A stretch of DNA of 64,000 nt from Thermoplasmata archaeon (lineage in GTDB: Archaea; Thermoplasmatota; Thermoplasmata; Lutacidiplasmatales; UBA184), in contig JAGWLG010000004.1 of the NCBI GenBank assembly GCA_028864975.1, positions 1-64,000 of the forward strand, given 5' to 3'. Positions within the stretch are counted from its first letter, which is position 1, and each line of letters starts with the position of its first letter. This document shows positions 1-9,599 of the stretch, piece after piece. The position numbers and the translations under genes were made by a program. A model generated the notes under the pieces. That model saw only the letters and a program-made list of their open reading frames with translations. It was not told the DNA's origin and did not search any database.

Positions 1-443
1 ACGACCCGCCCGCGCCATCCCCGCGCCGCCGCGCGCCGCTCGAGCTCCCGACCGAAGCGCGCCGCATCCGGGTCGCAGGCGTCGGCGTAGACCTCCTCGG
101 GCGAGAGCCTCACAACGAGGCGGGCCATCATGGAGAGCTCTAGCTCGTTGAGCCGGCCGCGGTCGACATAACGATCGACGAGCGCCGGTTCGGCCCTGGG
201 CGCGGCCGCCCTTCCCAGCCGTTGGAGCGCATGATAGATCCGCTCGCGTTCCGCGGCCCGCAGGAGCTTGGAATCCTTGACGCCGAGGGCTCGCAGCCCT
301 TCATCGGTCACCCCCTCATCGACGAGGAAGGCCCCCACCACCAAAGGTCCGAGCAGGCTCCCCCGCCCCGCTTCGTCGAGCCCGAGGCGACCGTGCAACG
401 GGAGGGCTCGCGGGGAGGACCGGAGGGTGCTCTGCCGCGCCAC
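1..443 (-). CDS. rnhB: Ribonuclease HII, C-terminal part outside the window; absent from the ORF track
   Basis: Manual minus-strand translation gives LGLDEAGRGSLLGPLVVG...GVKDSKLL...LNELE...VYADAC, the RNase HII motifs. Start is GTG 443 or TTG 398; frame runs off the left edge. Confidence 0.9.
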   Translation of the reverse strand, partial: MARQSTLRSSPRALPLHGRLGLDEAGRGSLLGPLVVGAFLVDEGVTDEGLRALGVKDSKLLRAAERERIYHALQRLGRAAAPRAEPALVDRYVDRGRLNELELSMMARLVVRLSPEEVYADACDPDAARFGRELERRAAARGWRGRV

Positions 444-502
444 GCTCCCTCCAAGGCCTGCAGAAGAGCGAGGCTTAGATATGACGGGGGGTCCGGCCGA
501 AC

Positions 503-1396
503 GTGCCGCTCAATGGGCTCGTCGTTCCGATCGTGACGCTCTTCGGGGACCAAGGAAAGCTCGACCTGACGAGGAACACCCGGTTCGTACGGGGGCTGAT
601 CGACGACGGCGTGCACCACCTCCTGAGCCTGGGGGTCCCGGGGGAGCCCTCCTCGCTCTCGGAGACGGAGCGCGAGCAGCTGCTCGAGAAGGTCGTCGAG
701 AGCTGCACCTTCGGGACCGATGTCTGGGCAGGGATCGATGGCGTCACGACCGAGGAGGCGGTCGCCAGAGCGGACACGGCCGAGGCGGTCGGAGCTTCGG
801 TCCTGGTCGCGTTCCCCCCGCACGGCGCGCGTGTCGAGCCCTCCCACGTCCTCGAGAGGTTCCGTGCCATCCACTCCTCGTCCAAGCTCTCCCTGGTCGC
901 CTACCGGGTGCCGGGGCAAGGAGGGGAGCTCCTCTCCCCGGCGGTCGTGCACACCCTCGCGAAGGAGGGGGTGTTGGAGGGGGTGATCGACGCCTCGGGG
1001 GACCTCACAAGCCCCTTCCAGCTCCTCGAGAGCGCCCCGGCAGGGTTCACGGTCTTCGGCGGTGACGGAGATGACTCGGTCGAAGCCCTCGAGAAGGGCG
1101 CGCTAGGGGTCGCGTGGGAGACGGGGAACATCCTTCCCCGATTGAGCTCGAAGATCTGGGAGCTCTGGGAGCGCCACGAGACGGAGAAGCTCCGCACGTT
1201 GCTCCCGCTCGAGCGGCTCCTCCTTGACGCGAGCCGCGCGGCGCCGCGCCCCGCCTCGATCAAGTTCCTCGCGCATGACCTTCGCGAGGCGGACGAGGGA
1301 TATCGGGCGCCGCACGGAGCGCTCACGGAGGAGCAGCGCGCGAAGGTCCTGGCGATGGTGGAACCGCGGAAGGCCGAGCTCCAGGAGTACGCTTAA
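503..1396 (+). CDS. DapA/KDG-aldolase-family TIM-barrel protein lacking the Schiff-base lysine
   Basis: GLVVPIVTLF, LGVPGE, YRVP and GVIDASGD align with DHDPS motifs, but the usual GIKD reads GVID. Confidence 0.8.
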   Translation: MPLNGLVVPIVTLFGDQGKLDLTRNTRFVRGLIDDGVHHLLSLGVPGEPSSLSETEREQLLEKVVESCTFGTDVWAGIDGVTTEEAVARADTAEAVGASVLVAFPPHGARVEPSHVLERFRAIHSSSKLSLVAYRVPGQGGELLSPAVVHTLAKEGVLEGVIDASGDLTSPFQLLESAPAGFTVFGGDGDDSVEALEKGALGVAWETGNILPRLSSKIWELWERHETEKLRTLLPLERLLLDASRAAPRPASIKFLAHDLREADEGYRAPHGALTEEQRAKVLAMVEPRKAELQEYA

Positions 1397-1448
1397 ACGT
1401 CGTCGCTCGGTGGGTGCCGCCGAGCTTCTCCGCTGCCCCCGCTAGCCG

Positions 1449-1458
1449 TAATATAGGG
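1449..1458 (+). promoter_or_regulatory. Archaeal TATA box of the rps8e-srp19-GPN operon
   Basis: TAATATAGGG about 38 nt upstream of the rps8e ATG in otherwise GC-rich DNA. A similar TATAGGG core occurs at 37707 and 63089. Confidence 0.6.
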
Positions 1459-1492
1459 TCCTCGGTAGGCCCGAACCCCTCGAGGCAGACCG

Positions 1493-1894
1493 ATGGGCAT
1501 CTGGCAGGGCCGTCCGCGAAGGAAGCGCACGGGCGGACGCCTTCGACCCAACCGGAACAAACGCCGGTTCGAGGTCGGGAGGGAGCTCCAGTTCCCGACC
1601 ATCGGGGAGCCCAAGCACAAGTTCTACCGCGTGCGCGGGGGGAACCGCAAGGTCCGCATCCTGCTCGCCCAGGAGATCAACGTCTACGATCCCCAGACCA
1701 AGACCATGAAGCTCGCCAAGGCCGTCACGGTCCGCGAGAACAAGTCCAATCCCAACTACGTCCAGCGGAACATCATCACCCGGGGAGCCGTTCTCGAGAC
1801 CGAGCTGGGCCCCGTGGAGATCCGCTCCCGGCCCGGACAGCACGGGCAGTTGAACGGCGTCCTGGTCGCGCGCCGCGACGCCTCGGCCGCGTAG
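1493..1894 (+). CDS. rps8e: 30S ribosomal protein S8e
   Basis: MGIWQGR..RKRTGGR, NPNYVQRNIITRGA, SRPGQHGQLNGVL. Confidence 0.97.
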   Translation: MGIWQGRPRRKRTGGRLRPNRNKRRFEVGRELQFPTIGEPKHKFYRVRGGNRKVRILLAQEINVYDPQTKTMKLAKAVTVRENKSNPNYVQRNIITRGAVLETELGPVEIRSRPGQHGQLNGVLVARRDASAA

Positions 1895-1898
1895 GCCG

Positions 1899-2201
1899 AT
1901 GCCGGACCACTTCTACGTCTACCCCAGCTACCTCAAGCGCTCGGTGAAGCGTTCGGAAGGCCGTCGGGTCCCGGAGAGCGTCGCGGTCGGAGGGGAATTG
2001 ACGGCCGAAGGGATGAGGGAGGCGGCCCAGGCACTCGGGTTCCATGCGGAGGTCGAGACCAAGCACTATCCGAAGGAAGCCTGGCGCGTGGAAGGGAGGA
2101 TCAAGGTGGCGAAGAAGAAAGGGGTCAGCAAGGCCGAGTTCCTTCGGCGGCTCGCGAAGGAACTGCATACCCGGGCCCAGGCCGCGGCGGGGGCCCCTTA
2201 G
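1899..2201 (+). CDS. srp19: Signal recognition particle protein SRP19
   Basis: YVYPSYL....RSEGRRVP, K.YPKEAW...GRI.V; follows rps8e by 4 bp. Confidence 0.92.
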   Translation: MPDHFYVYPSYLKRSVKRSEGRRVPESVAVGGELTAEGMREAAQALGFHAEVETKHYPKEAWRVEGRIKVAKKKGVSKAEFLRRLAKELHTRAQAAAGAP

Positions 2202-2225
2202 GGCGAACGATCGGGAGGGAGGCAT

Positions 2226-3020
2226 CTGACGGACCCGATCGCGATCTACTTCACGGGTACCGCCGGCGCGGGCAAGACCGCCATCACCCGGGCCTTCCAC
2301 GACTGGATGGAGGAGAGCGGCTACGACGCGCTCACGGTGAACCTGGACCCCGGGATGGAGGAGCCCGGGTACGAGGCGAACATCGACATCCGAGACTGGG
2401 TCAAGCTCACGGACATCCAGAGCGAGTTCGGGCTCGGCCCCAACGGGGCGCAGATCGCGGCCAGCGACATGATCGCGCTCAAGGTCTTCGAGGTCCGGGA
2501 GGAGCTCGACCGGCTGAACGGCGACTACGTCCTCATCGATACGCCCGGGCAGGTCGAGCTCTTCGCCTTCCGGGAGTCCTCGAAGGCGATCGTGGAGGCG
2601 CTTTCGGGAGAGCGCTCGATGCTCGCCTTCCTCTTCGACCCCGCGCTCGCAAGGAGCCCGGGGGGGTTCGTCTCGCTCCTGCTCCTCTCCGCCACGGTCC
2701 AGTTCCGCTTCGGCCTGCCGCTCACGAATGTTCTGTCGAAGGCCGACCTGCTGAAGCCCGGGGACCGGGAGCGTCTCCAGCAGTGGGGCGAGGAGCCCTA
2801 CTCGCTCTACGACGCCGTGGGGGACGAGAGCCCGGGGAAGGACACGGGGCTCTCGCTCGAGCTCTTCCGTGCGCTCGAGTCGATCGGTCCGCTCTGGCAG
2901 CCGATCTTCACCAGCGCCGAGACCCGTCTGGGGATGGAGGACCTCTACGCGATGGCCCAGAAGGTCTTCGCGGGCGGCGAGGACCTGGAGAAGAGCGGTG
3001 GCACGGGCACGACCGACTGA
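2226..3020 (+). CDS. GPN-loop GTPase, probable CTG start
   Basis: Walker A GTAGAGKT lies upstream of the tracked ATG 2307; also NLDPG, LGPNG, DTPGQVE, NVLSKAD. The in-frame stretch between the srp19 stop and the P-loop has no ATG/GTG/TTG; CTG 2226 follows GGAGG. Confidence 0.9.
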   Translation: MTDPIAIYFTGTAGAGKTAITRAFHDWMEESGYDALTVNLDPGMEEPGYEANIDIRDWVKLTDIQSEFGLGPNGAQIAASDMIALKVFEVREELDRLNGDYVLIDTPGQVELFAFRESSKAIVEALSGERSMLAFLFDPALARSPGGFVSLLLLSATVQFRFGLPLTNVLSKADLLKPGDRERLQQWGEEPYSLYDAVGDESPGKDTGLSLELFRALESIGPLWQPIFTSAETRLGMEDLYAMAQKVFAGGEDLEKSGGTGTTD

Positions 3021-3027
3021 CCGGCCC

Positions 3028-3726
3028 GTGGGCCGGAGCGCGGTCGACGCCCCCAGGCTCCTTCGTTCCCTTCGGCGGGCCCTCGCCACCGCGGGGGACC
3101 CTGTCGACGCGAAGGCAATGCAGGCCTACATGCGGTCGCGGATGCCGTTCCATGGCGTCCATGCCGAGGAGACGCGCCGCCGGGCGAGGGAGGTCTTCTC
3201 GGGGGTACAGTTCACGACTCCCGCCGAGTGGCGTGCGACCCTCGTCGCGCTTTGGGACGGCGCTCGCTTTCGCGAAGAACGCTACGCCGTAGTGACGCTC
3301 GCTCGTTCCTACGTCAGCGACCCGTTCCAAACCCCCCGGGCCCTGCCGGTCTTCGAGCACCTCATCGTGACCGGCGCCTGGTGGGACCTCGTGGACGAGA
3401 TCGCGATCAAGTGCGTTGGTCCCCTCCTCCTCCAGCATCCTCGCGAGGTCGCCGGGGTGATGCGGGAGTGGAGCCTCTCCTCGGACCTCTGGAAACGACG
3501 TACGGCCATCATCTGTCAGGTCGGTGCCAAGGAGAGGACCGACGTCGCCCTCCTCGCCGACTGCATCGGTCCTTCGATCCGGTCGAAGGAGTTCTTCCTC
3601 CGCAAGGCGATCGGGTGGTCGCTGCGGCAGTACGCCCGAACGGACCCGTCGTGGGTCCGTCGTTTCGTCGCGGGGCACCCGACGATGAGCCCGCTCAGCC
3701 GGCGGGAAGCGCTACGCCACCTGTAG
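3028..3726 (+). CDS. AlkD-like DNA alkylation repair protein (HEAT-like repeats)
   Basis: AMQAYMRS..PFHGV, REERY, WWDLVD, W.RRTAI, EFFLRKAIGWSLRQY. Confidence 0.88.
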   Translation: MGRSAVDAPRLLRSLRRALATAGDPVDAKAMQAYMRSRMPFHGVHAEETRRRAREVFSGVQFTTPAEWRATLVALWDGARFREERYAVVTLARSYVSDPFQTPRALPVFEHLIVTGAWWDLVDEIAIKCVGPLLLQHPREVAGVMREWSLSSDLWKRRTAIICQVGAKERTDVALLADCIGPSIRSKEFFLRKAIGWSLRQYARTDPSWVRRFVAGHPTMSPLSRREALRHL

Positions 3727-3744
3727 CGGCCGCAGGGCGGCGGC

Positions 3745-4047
3745 TCAGTCTGAGAAGATGAGGCCCATCCCCTGGGCGGACTTCTCTTCCTCTTCCTTGA
3801 ACTGCGTGTGGAGCTTCTCGGCCAGGGCCGCTTCGACCTTCTTGGCGACCGAGGTGACCTTCTCGTCCGCGTGGGCCATCGCGGTGTCCGACCCTTCCAT
3901 GTACAGGTAGACCTCGTCCGCCGCCCCTCCCAGGGGAGCCGCGTCGCGGAGGATCCGGGTCTGTCGCCAGATGAGGTCGTCCTTCGTCAGGACCTCCTCG
4001 AGCTCCGCACGCTTGCCCGAAGGGACCACGTAGATGCGCCACGCCAT
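3745..4047 (-). CDS. Small hypothetical protein (100 aa)
   Basis: Typical codon usage; MAWRIYVV start; C-terminus EEEEKSAQGMGLIFSD. Confidence 0.7.
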   Translation of the reverse strand: MAWRIYVVPSGKRAELEEVLTKDDLIWRQTRILRDAAPLGGAADEVYLYMEGSDTAMAHADEKVTSVAKKVEAALAEKLHTQFKEEEEKSAQGMGLIFSD

Positions 4048-4143
4048 ACGACCGGGGCCACCTGCGAGTCTATGTAACGGTTCGTAGGGTTGGGGCCAGT
4101 GCACCGCGGCCCCCACGCTCTGGTGAGGCCGTTCGCAAGCACC

Positions 4144-5004
4144 ATGGCGGCCCCTCCCTCATCGCCCGCTCCCGCGGCCCCCTCGGCCCCCGGCCTCACC
4201 CGGGAGATCTCCCTCCCTCCCCCCACGGCGCCCGATCCCTCGGTCCTCCTGGTCGGGGTCGCCCACGTGCTCGACCTGGAGTCCGGTCTCGACCGGGTGC
4301 TCGCGGCCTACCATCCGAAGGCCCTCGCGGTGGAGCTCGACCCCGAGCGTGCACAGCTCCTCTCCTCCCGCGTCCAGGAGCGGACGAGCGCGCAGGCCGA
4401 GGGGAAGCCGATGCCGGCGCGCCCCCGGTCAGAGGCCCCGCTCACGCTGCGGCTCTGGGCGAAGCTCCAGGACCGCTTCGCTTCCGACCTGGGCGGGGTC
4501 CCCGGGGAAGAGATGCTCCAGGTAGGTGCGTTCGCGAAGCGGCGGTCGCTCCCTTGCTTCTTGGTCGACGATCCGCTGCGTCAGGTCGCGCCCCGGCTCT
4601 TGGGAGCGCTCTCACCCCGCGAGCGGGTGAAGCTCCTGGTCTCGACGCTGGTCGCGCTGTTCATCCCGACGCGCGTCGTGGAGCGCGAGATCCATCAGTA
4701 CGAGGAGCACCGCGAGGAGTACCTAGGCGTGCTGCGCGAGCAGTACCCCACGGTGACCCGGGTGTTGTTGGACGAGCGCAATGCCCACATGGCCGAGCGG
4801 ATCGCAGCCCTCGCCCGCTCCTACGGCCCGGTGGCGGCGGTCGTGGGGGACGCTCACGTGGGCGGTCTCGCGCAGGCCCTCGCGGGAACCGGGTTCCCTG
4901 TGAAGGAGGTGCGGCTCGAAGCCCTTCGGGCGGCCGAGCACGCGCCTCTACCCGGCGCTGCCTCGGTGGTTCGCCCTCCACCGAAGAAGGACCAACCTGC
5001 CTAG
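4144..5004 (+). CDS. TraB/PrgY/GumN-family protein
   Basis: LVGVAHV, AVELDPER, GEEM, DERNAHMA, VVGDAHVGG. Confidence 0.85.
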   Translation: MAAPPSSPAPAAPSAPGLTREISLPPPTAPDPSVLLVGVAHVLDLESGLDRVLAAYHPKALAVELDPERAQLLSSRVQERTSAQAEGKPMPARPRSEAPLTLRLWAKLQDRFASDLGGVPGEEMLQVGAFAKRRSLPCFLVDDPLRQVAPRLLGALSPRERVKLLVSTLVALFIPTRVVEREIHQYEEHREEYLGVLREQYPTVTRVLLDERNAHMAERIAALARSYGPVAAVVGDAHVGGLAQALAGTGFPVKEVRLEALRAAEHAPLPGAASVVRPPPKKDQPA

Positions 5005-5357
5005 AACGCCTGCGATCTCCGTTTCGGCCAGTCCGCGTCCGCGGCGGGGAGCGAGGATGGGGCCGGGCTCCCCCGAACGTTGGGCGCCGGGCGCCGTCCC
5101 AGGAAGGCCGAGGGGACCGGGGGGCCCGCGGTCCGGCCGTGAGGTCGCGGCGGCCGCGCGAGCAGCGCGGGCAGCCTCAGCCCTTCGCCCGGACGATGGC
5201 GGATGACGCGGCAGTACGCCCCGGGGGCGTACCACCATGTGGGGGCGGTCAGCGGGACCACCTGTTCGCAGGCGTAGCAGTAGACGTAGTCGTCGGTGTC
5301 GCGGACGGTCTCGCTGCCGCCGCAATGGGGACACGCTTCGGGGGCCTGGTCGTTCAC
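5001..5357 (-). CDS. Zinc-ribbon hypothetical protein
   Basis: CPHC..CYAC pair at the N-terminus; the rest is low complexity. Confidence 0.4.
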   Translation of the reverse strand: MNDQAPEACPHCGGSETVRDTDDYVYCYACEQVVPLTAPTWWYAPGAYCRVIRHRPGEGLRLPALLARPPRPHGRTAGPPVPSAFLGRRPAPNVRGSPAPSSLPAADADWPKRRSQAF

Positions 5358-5578
5358 GGGAGCTCCGCGGGGCGGGGGTCCCTATCCTATCGGTAATGGC
5401 CTCACCGGTAGGGGTAGGTTACCTCGCGCTCCGCGAGCATTATGTACGTCGAATGGTATCATAATCCACGCGTAACCCCGGAGATAGCCGAGGAAGCTTC
5501 GAGCGCGAACGGTCCCCTCACGGGAAAGGTCGAGGGTCTCGAGAGCGCGAGAAGGTCTCGGTCGGGGACGCAGGGTCT

Positions 5579-6136
5579 ATGCGAGGAGATATCGAAAGCG
5601 CCACGACGACCGTTCCGAGACGCGCGTTCGCTGAGCCCCCCAGCCTCTCGGAGTTCCGACAGTTCGCACGCACCTCGGCCGAGTTCTCCCGGGAAGCGAT
5701 GCAGCGATTGGGGCTGCACCCCGAGGCCTTCATGTCGAGGAGCGTCGAGAACAACCTGGCCGTGAGCCGGGCCCTCTTCGGCAAGTGGTCCGCGGAGCTC
5801 GTCGTGGTCCTCTACGGACAGCGAGAGCTCGGGTTCGAGGACCTGCGACGCCATCTGACCGGGGTCTCGCCCAGGATCCTGTCGAAGAAGCTCAAGGACC
5901 TGGAGCGCTTCGGCGTCGTGCGAAGGGTCACGATCTCCACGCACCCGCCCCGGGTGCGGTACTCGCTCACCGACCACGGCATCATCGTTGCGCGGATCGC
6001 GGAGCCGCTCTTCCTCTTCCTGAGGTTCCTCTCGCGCTACCCGCCCACCGACGGACACCACCGCGACGGACCCTCGGAGGCCCCGCGCATCGAGGCCACG
6101 ATCCCGCCGCCGGTCGAGGTCCCTAGAGTACTGTGA
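5579..6136 (+). CDS. HxlR-family winged-helix transcriptional regulator
   Basis: LFGKWS..., F.DLRRHL.GVSPRILSKKLKDLE, PPRVRYSLT. Confidence 0.9.
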   Translation: MRGDIESATTTVPRRAFAEPPSLSEFRQFARTSAEFSREAMQRLGLHPEAFMSRSVENNLAVSRALFGKWSAELVVVLYGQRELGFEDLRRHLTGVSPRILSKKLKDLERFGVVRRVTISTHPPRVRYSLTDHGIIVARIAEPLFLFLRFLSRYPPTDGHHRDGPSEAPRIEATIPPPVEVPRVL

Positions 6137-7001
6137 GCGTGCGCTTCCGGCTCTCCTCCAGGCTCTGGAGGAAGCCGGAGGCGAGGCCCGCGACGCTGGG
6201 GGAGGCGTACTGCTCCAGCTTGCCCTCGTCCCCCAGCTCGCTGATGCGGGGGTCGATCGGCAGGCTCGCCAGCAGCGGCAGGTCGAACTCCTGCGCTAGC
6301 TCCCTGGCCCGTCCTTTTCCATAGGGGCGGAAGTCTTTCTGGCAGTGGGGGCACTTGACGGTGGCCATGTTCTCGACGAGCCCCAGCAACGTGACGTGGA
6401 GCTCCCGGGCCATGTTCACCGCTTTCTTGACGATCAGGCCGGCGAGCTCCTGAGGGGTGGTCACGAAGACCATGCCGTCGATCGGGATGGTCTGGAAGAC
6501 CGTGAGCGGCACGTCGCTCGTGCCGGGGGGCATGTCCAGGAGCAGGTAGTCGAGCGCGCCCCAGTTCACGCCGCCGAAGAACTGAACGATGAGCCGGGTG
6601 ACCAAGGGACCGCGCCAGATGACGGGGGTCTCCTCGTCCTCGACCAGGAACTGGCTGGAGACGACCTTGAGCCCCTTCCCCGTGACCGCGGGTTCCACCC
6701 CCTCCCCCTTGTCGAGGAGATGCCCGCTCAAGCCCAGGAGCTTGGGCACGGAAGGCCCCGTCACGTCGGCGTCCAGGATGCCGACCTTCTTCCCCTGCCG
6801 CGCGAGCTCGCAGGCGAGGAGCACGGTGACCGCGGACTTGCCGACCCCTCCTTTCCCGCTCCCCACCGCGATGACGTTCTGGAGGTTCCCCTTCGGGAGG
6901 CGTTGCAGAACCCCTCCCCCCGCTCCGGGGCGTCGGGCGCCAGGGCCCGAGGGAGGAGGACGGCTCGGCGCGGCGCCGGTACCGTCGGAGGGAACGGCCA
7001 T
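6123..7001 (-). CDS. Mrp/NBP35 (ApbC) Fe-S cluster carrier ATPase
   Basis: GSGKGGVGKS, DADVTGPS, WRGP, DMPPGTSD, ENM..VKCPHC. Confidence 0.93.
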   Translation of the reverse strand: MAVPSDGTGAAPSRPPPSGPGARRPGAGGGVLQRLPKGNLQNVIAVGSGKGGVGKSAVTVLLACELARQGKKVGILDADVTGPSVPKLLGLSGHLLDKGEGVEPAVTGKGLKVVSSQFLVEDEETPVIWRGPLVTRLIVQFFGGVNWGALDYLLLDMPPGTSDVPLTVFQTIPIDGMVFVTTPQELAGLIVKKAVNMARELHVTLLGLVENMATVKCPHCQKDFRPYGKGRARELAQEFDLPLLASLPIDPRISELGDEGKLEQYASPSVAGLASGFLQSLEESRKRTLTVL

Positions 7002-7089
7002 GGCCGTTCGACGGGTCAACGCTATTTAACAAGGTCTTCATGGCAAGATCTCGCGGGTCGCGACCCGCGGTTCCGGGGGGCTGGAAGGC

Positions 7090-9267
7090 GTGGTCGCGAA
7101 AGGGGCGGACGGACTTCCTGCGCTCTTCTCTCCTCGCTCGATCGCGGTGATCGGGGCCTCGCGCCGCGCGGGGAGCGTCGGCGCCAGCATGTTCCAGAAC
7201 ATCCTGGGCGCCGGGTTCACGGGCGTCGTCTACCCGGTCAACCCCTCGTGGGAGAGCGTGGGAGGGGTCCGCTGTTATCCCAAGGTCGCGAGCCTTCCCG
7301 AGGTCCCGGACCTCGCCGTGGTGATCGTGCCCGCGCCCGCCGTCGAGCCGACCGTCGAGGAGCTGGGCCGTCGCGGGACCCGGGCGGCCATCGTGATCTC
7401 GGCGGGGTTCAAGGAGATCGGCGGCGAGGGGGTCGAGCGCGAGCACGAGCTCGTCGCGACGGCACGTCGGTGGAAGGTCCGGCTCGTCGGGCCCAACTGC
7501 TTCGGCGTCATCAACACCGACCCCGAGGTCCGATTGAACGCCACGTTCTCGGACACGCTGCCGCCTCCCGGGAACATCGCCTTCGTCTCGCAGAGCGGGG
7601 CACTGGGCGCGGGGATCCTTCACTATGCCCAGGTGCAGCGCATCGGGTTCACCAAGTTCGTCTCCGTCGGGAACCGCGCGGGGATCGATGAGAACGACCT
7701 CCTCGCGGCCCTTGCCGACGACGAGCGGACGCGCGTCATCCTGCTCTACGTGGAGTCGCTCGCGGCGGGGCGAAGGTTCCTCGAGGTCGCGGAGGCCGCG
7801 ACGAAGAGGAAGCCGGTCCTCTGCATCAAGTCGGGTCGCACGCCCCAGGGGGCGGCCGCCGCGCTGAGCCACACCGGCTCGCTCGCCCGTGCCCAGTCCG
7901 ACCGGCTCTACGACGGGCTGTTCCTGCAGTCCCGCGTCCTCCGGGCGAGCTCGCTGGCCGAGCTCTTCCAGATGGCGAAGGTCTTCGCTTCGGCCCCGGA
8001 CCTGGGGGGGTCCCGCCTGGCCATCCTCACCAACTCGGGCGGACCCGCGATCCTCGCGGCCGACGCGGCCCCTCGCGCAGGGCTCTCGCTCGCCTCGCTC
8101 CCCGAGCATCGCCAGGAACGCCTGCGACGCTTCCTCTCGCCGAACGCGTCCGTCCGGAACCCCGTCGACATGACCGCCGACGCCACGCCCGAGACCTACG
8201 CGCGGGCGCTTCGTGAGCTCCTGGGCGACACGAGCGTCGACCAGGTCCTGGCCATCGCCACGCCCACGGGCACCTCCACGGGCCTCGCCATCGCGAAGGC
8301 CTGGCTCGACGCCTGGAAAGAGCGGCCCAAGCCGACGGTGGCCTGCCTCTTCGGGGTCGAAGACCTCTCCGAGGAGGTCGCGCTGCTGGAGTCCGGGGGG
8401 ATCCCCAACTTCACCTTCCCCGAGGAGGGGGTACGGGCGCTCGGGCGCTGGGCCGAATGGCAGGACTGGAAGCGACGGGTCCGCAAGCCCCCGCCGACCT
8501 TCCAGGTCGAGCGGGCGAAGGCGCGTCGGCTCCTGGAGCGCGCCCGGCATCGCGGGCAACGGGCGCTGGGCGACTATGAGGCCCGCGAGGTCCTGCGGTG
8601 CTACGGCTTCAAGATCCCCGAAGGAGGGTTGGTCCACAACGAGCGGGAGGCCCGGGAGCTGGCGGAGCGCATCGGGTACCCGCTGGTCCTCAAAGTGGTC
8701 TCGCCCGACATCCTCCACAAGACGGACGTGGGGGGCGTTGCACTAGGACTGAGGGACGCGGCGTCCGTGGCGGCCGCGCTCCGAGGGATGCAGCAGCGCC
8801 TCGCGAAGGTGGCTCCGACCTCCCGCGTCGAGGGGTTCCTGCTGGAGCGCATGGTGGAGGGGGGACGCGAGCTCATCCTCGGGGTCCAGCGGGACCCCGA
8901 GTTCGGTCCGGTCATCGTGTTCGGGATGGGAGGGATCTACGTCGAAGTGCTGAAGGACGTCTCCTTCCGTCTGGTGCCGATCACGCAGCGATCGGCCGAG
9001 CACATGGTGGAAGGGACCCTGGGCTATCGGTTGCTCCAGGGGGTGCGCGGAGAACCTCCTGCGGACCTGGGCGCCGTCCATGAGGCGCTCCTGAGGCTCT
9101 CCCAATTCGCCCGTGAGCAGGAGCTCGTGGGAGAGCTCGACATCAACCCGCTGCTCGCGCTCCCGTCCGGGAAGGGCGCCGTCGCCGTCGACTGCCGGAT
9201 CGGGCTCGTTCCCCCTCCAGCACGTCCGTCTTCCAGATCGGCACGTCGCTCTTCAACCGGTCGATGA
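7090..9267 (+). CDS. ADP-forming acetate/acyl-CoA ligase, fused alpha-beta
   Basis: AVIGAS, GPNCFG, SQSGALG, SHTGSLA (phospho-His), NSGGP, NPVD, ATP-grasp PLVLK...HKTDVGGV, ELDINPL. Confidence 0.93.
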   Translation: MVAKGADGLPALFSPRSIAVIGASRRAGSVGASMFQNILGAGFTGVVYPVNPSWESVGGVRCYPKVASLPEVPDLAVVIVPAPAVEPTVEELGRRGTRAAIVISAGFKEIGGEGVEREHELVATARRWKVRLVGPNCFGVINTDPEVRLNATFSDTLPPPGNIAFVSQSGALGAGILHYAQVQRIGFTKFVSVGNRAGIDENDLLAALADDERTRVILLYVESLAAGRRFLEVAEAATKRKPVLCIKSGRTPQGAAAALSHTGSLARAQSDRLYDGLFLQSRVLRASSLAELFQMAKVFASAPDLGGSRLAILTNSGGPAILAADAAPRAGLSLASLPEHRQERLRRFLSPNASVRNPVDMTADATPETYARALRELLGDTSVDQVLAIATPTGTSTGLAIAKAWLDAWKERPKPTVACLFGVEDLSEEVALLESGGIPNFTFPEEGVRALGRWAEWQDWKRRVRKPPPTFQVERAKARRLLERARHRGQRALGDYEAREVLRCYGFKIPEGGLVHNEREARELAERIGYPLVLKVVSPDILHKTDVGGVALGLRDAASVAAALRGMQQRLAKVAPTSRVEGFLLERMVEGGRELILGVQRDPEFGPVIVFGMGGIYVEVLKDVSFRLVPITQRSAEHMVEGTLGYRLLQGVRGEPPADLGAVHEALLRLSQFAREQELVGELDINPLLALPSGKGAVAVDCRIGLVPPPARPSSRSARRSSTGR

Positions 9268-9598
9268 GGAACCTGCAGGCATCGAACGCCTGGGCGCGGT
9301 GCGGCGCCGAGACGGCGACGAGGACCGAGACCTCGCCCACGGGGACCACCCCCAACCGGTGCACGACCACGATGTGTTCGGTCGCCCACCTCTGGGCCGC
9401 TTCCCGTTCCAACCTCGCCATCTCCCGGGTCGCGAGGGGTCGGTAGGCCTCGTAGTAGAGGGCGCGGACCCGGCCTCGGGCGGTCCGGTCCCGACGCACG
9501 CGTCCGAGAAAGAGCACGACGCCCCCGGAGGCTCCCTTGCAGACGGTCCGGAGCGCGGAGCCTACGGAGATGCCCTTGGAGGTGAGTTGGAAGCTCAC
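9143..9598 (-). CDS. moaE: Molybdopterin synthase large subunit
   Basis: GGVVLFLGRVR, L.YEAY, HRLG.V.VGE, SAPHR, LK..VPIWK. Confidence 0.9.
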   Translation of the reverse strand: MSFQLTSKGISVGSALRTVCKGASGGVVLFLGRVRRDRTARGRVRALYYEAYRPLATREMARLEREAAQRWATEHIVVVHRLGVVPVGEVSVLVAVSAPHRAQAFDACRFLIDRLKSDVPIWKTDVLEGERARSGSRRRRRPSRTGARAAG

Positions 9599-9599
9599 G

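Noticed and set aside
6037-8718. 893-aa minus-strand ORF, and similar long ORFs at 10418-12784, 20131-23028, 26318-27865, 38692-41289 and 44924-46930
   Set aside because: Antisense shadows of well-supported genes in high-GC DNA; Arg/Gly/Pro-rich translations with no motifs.
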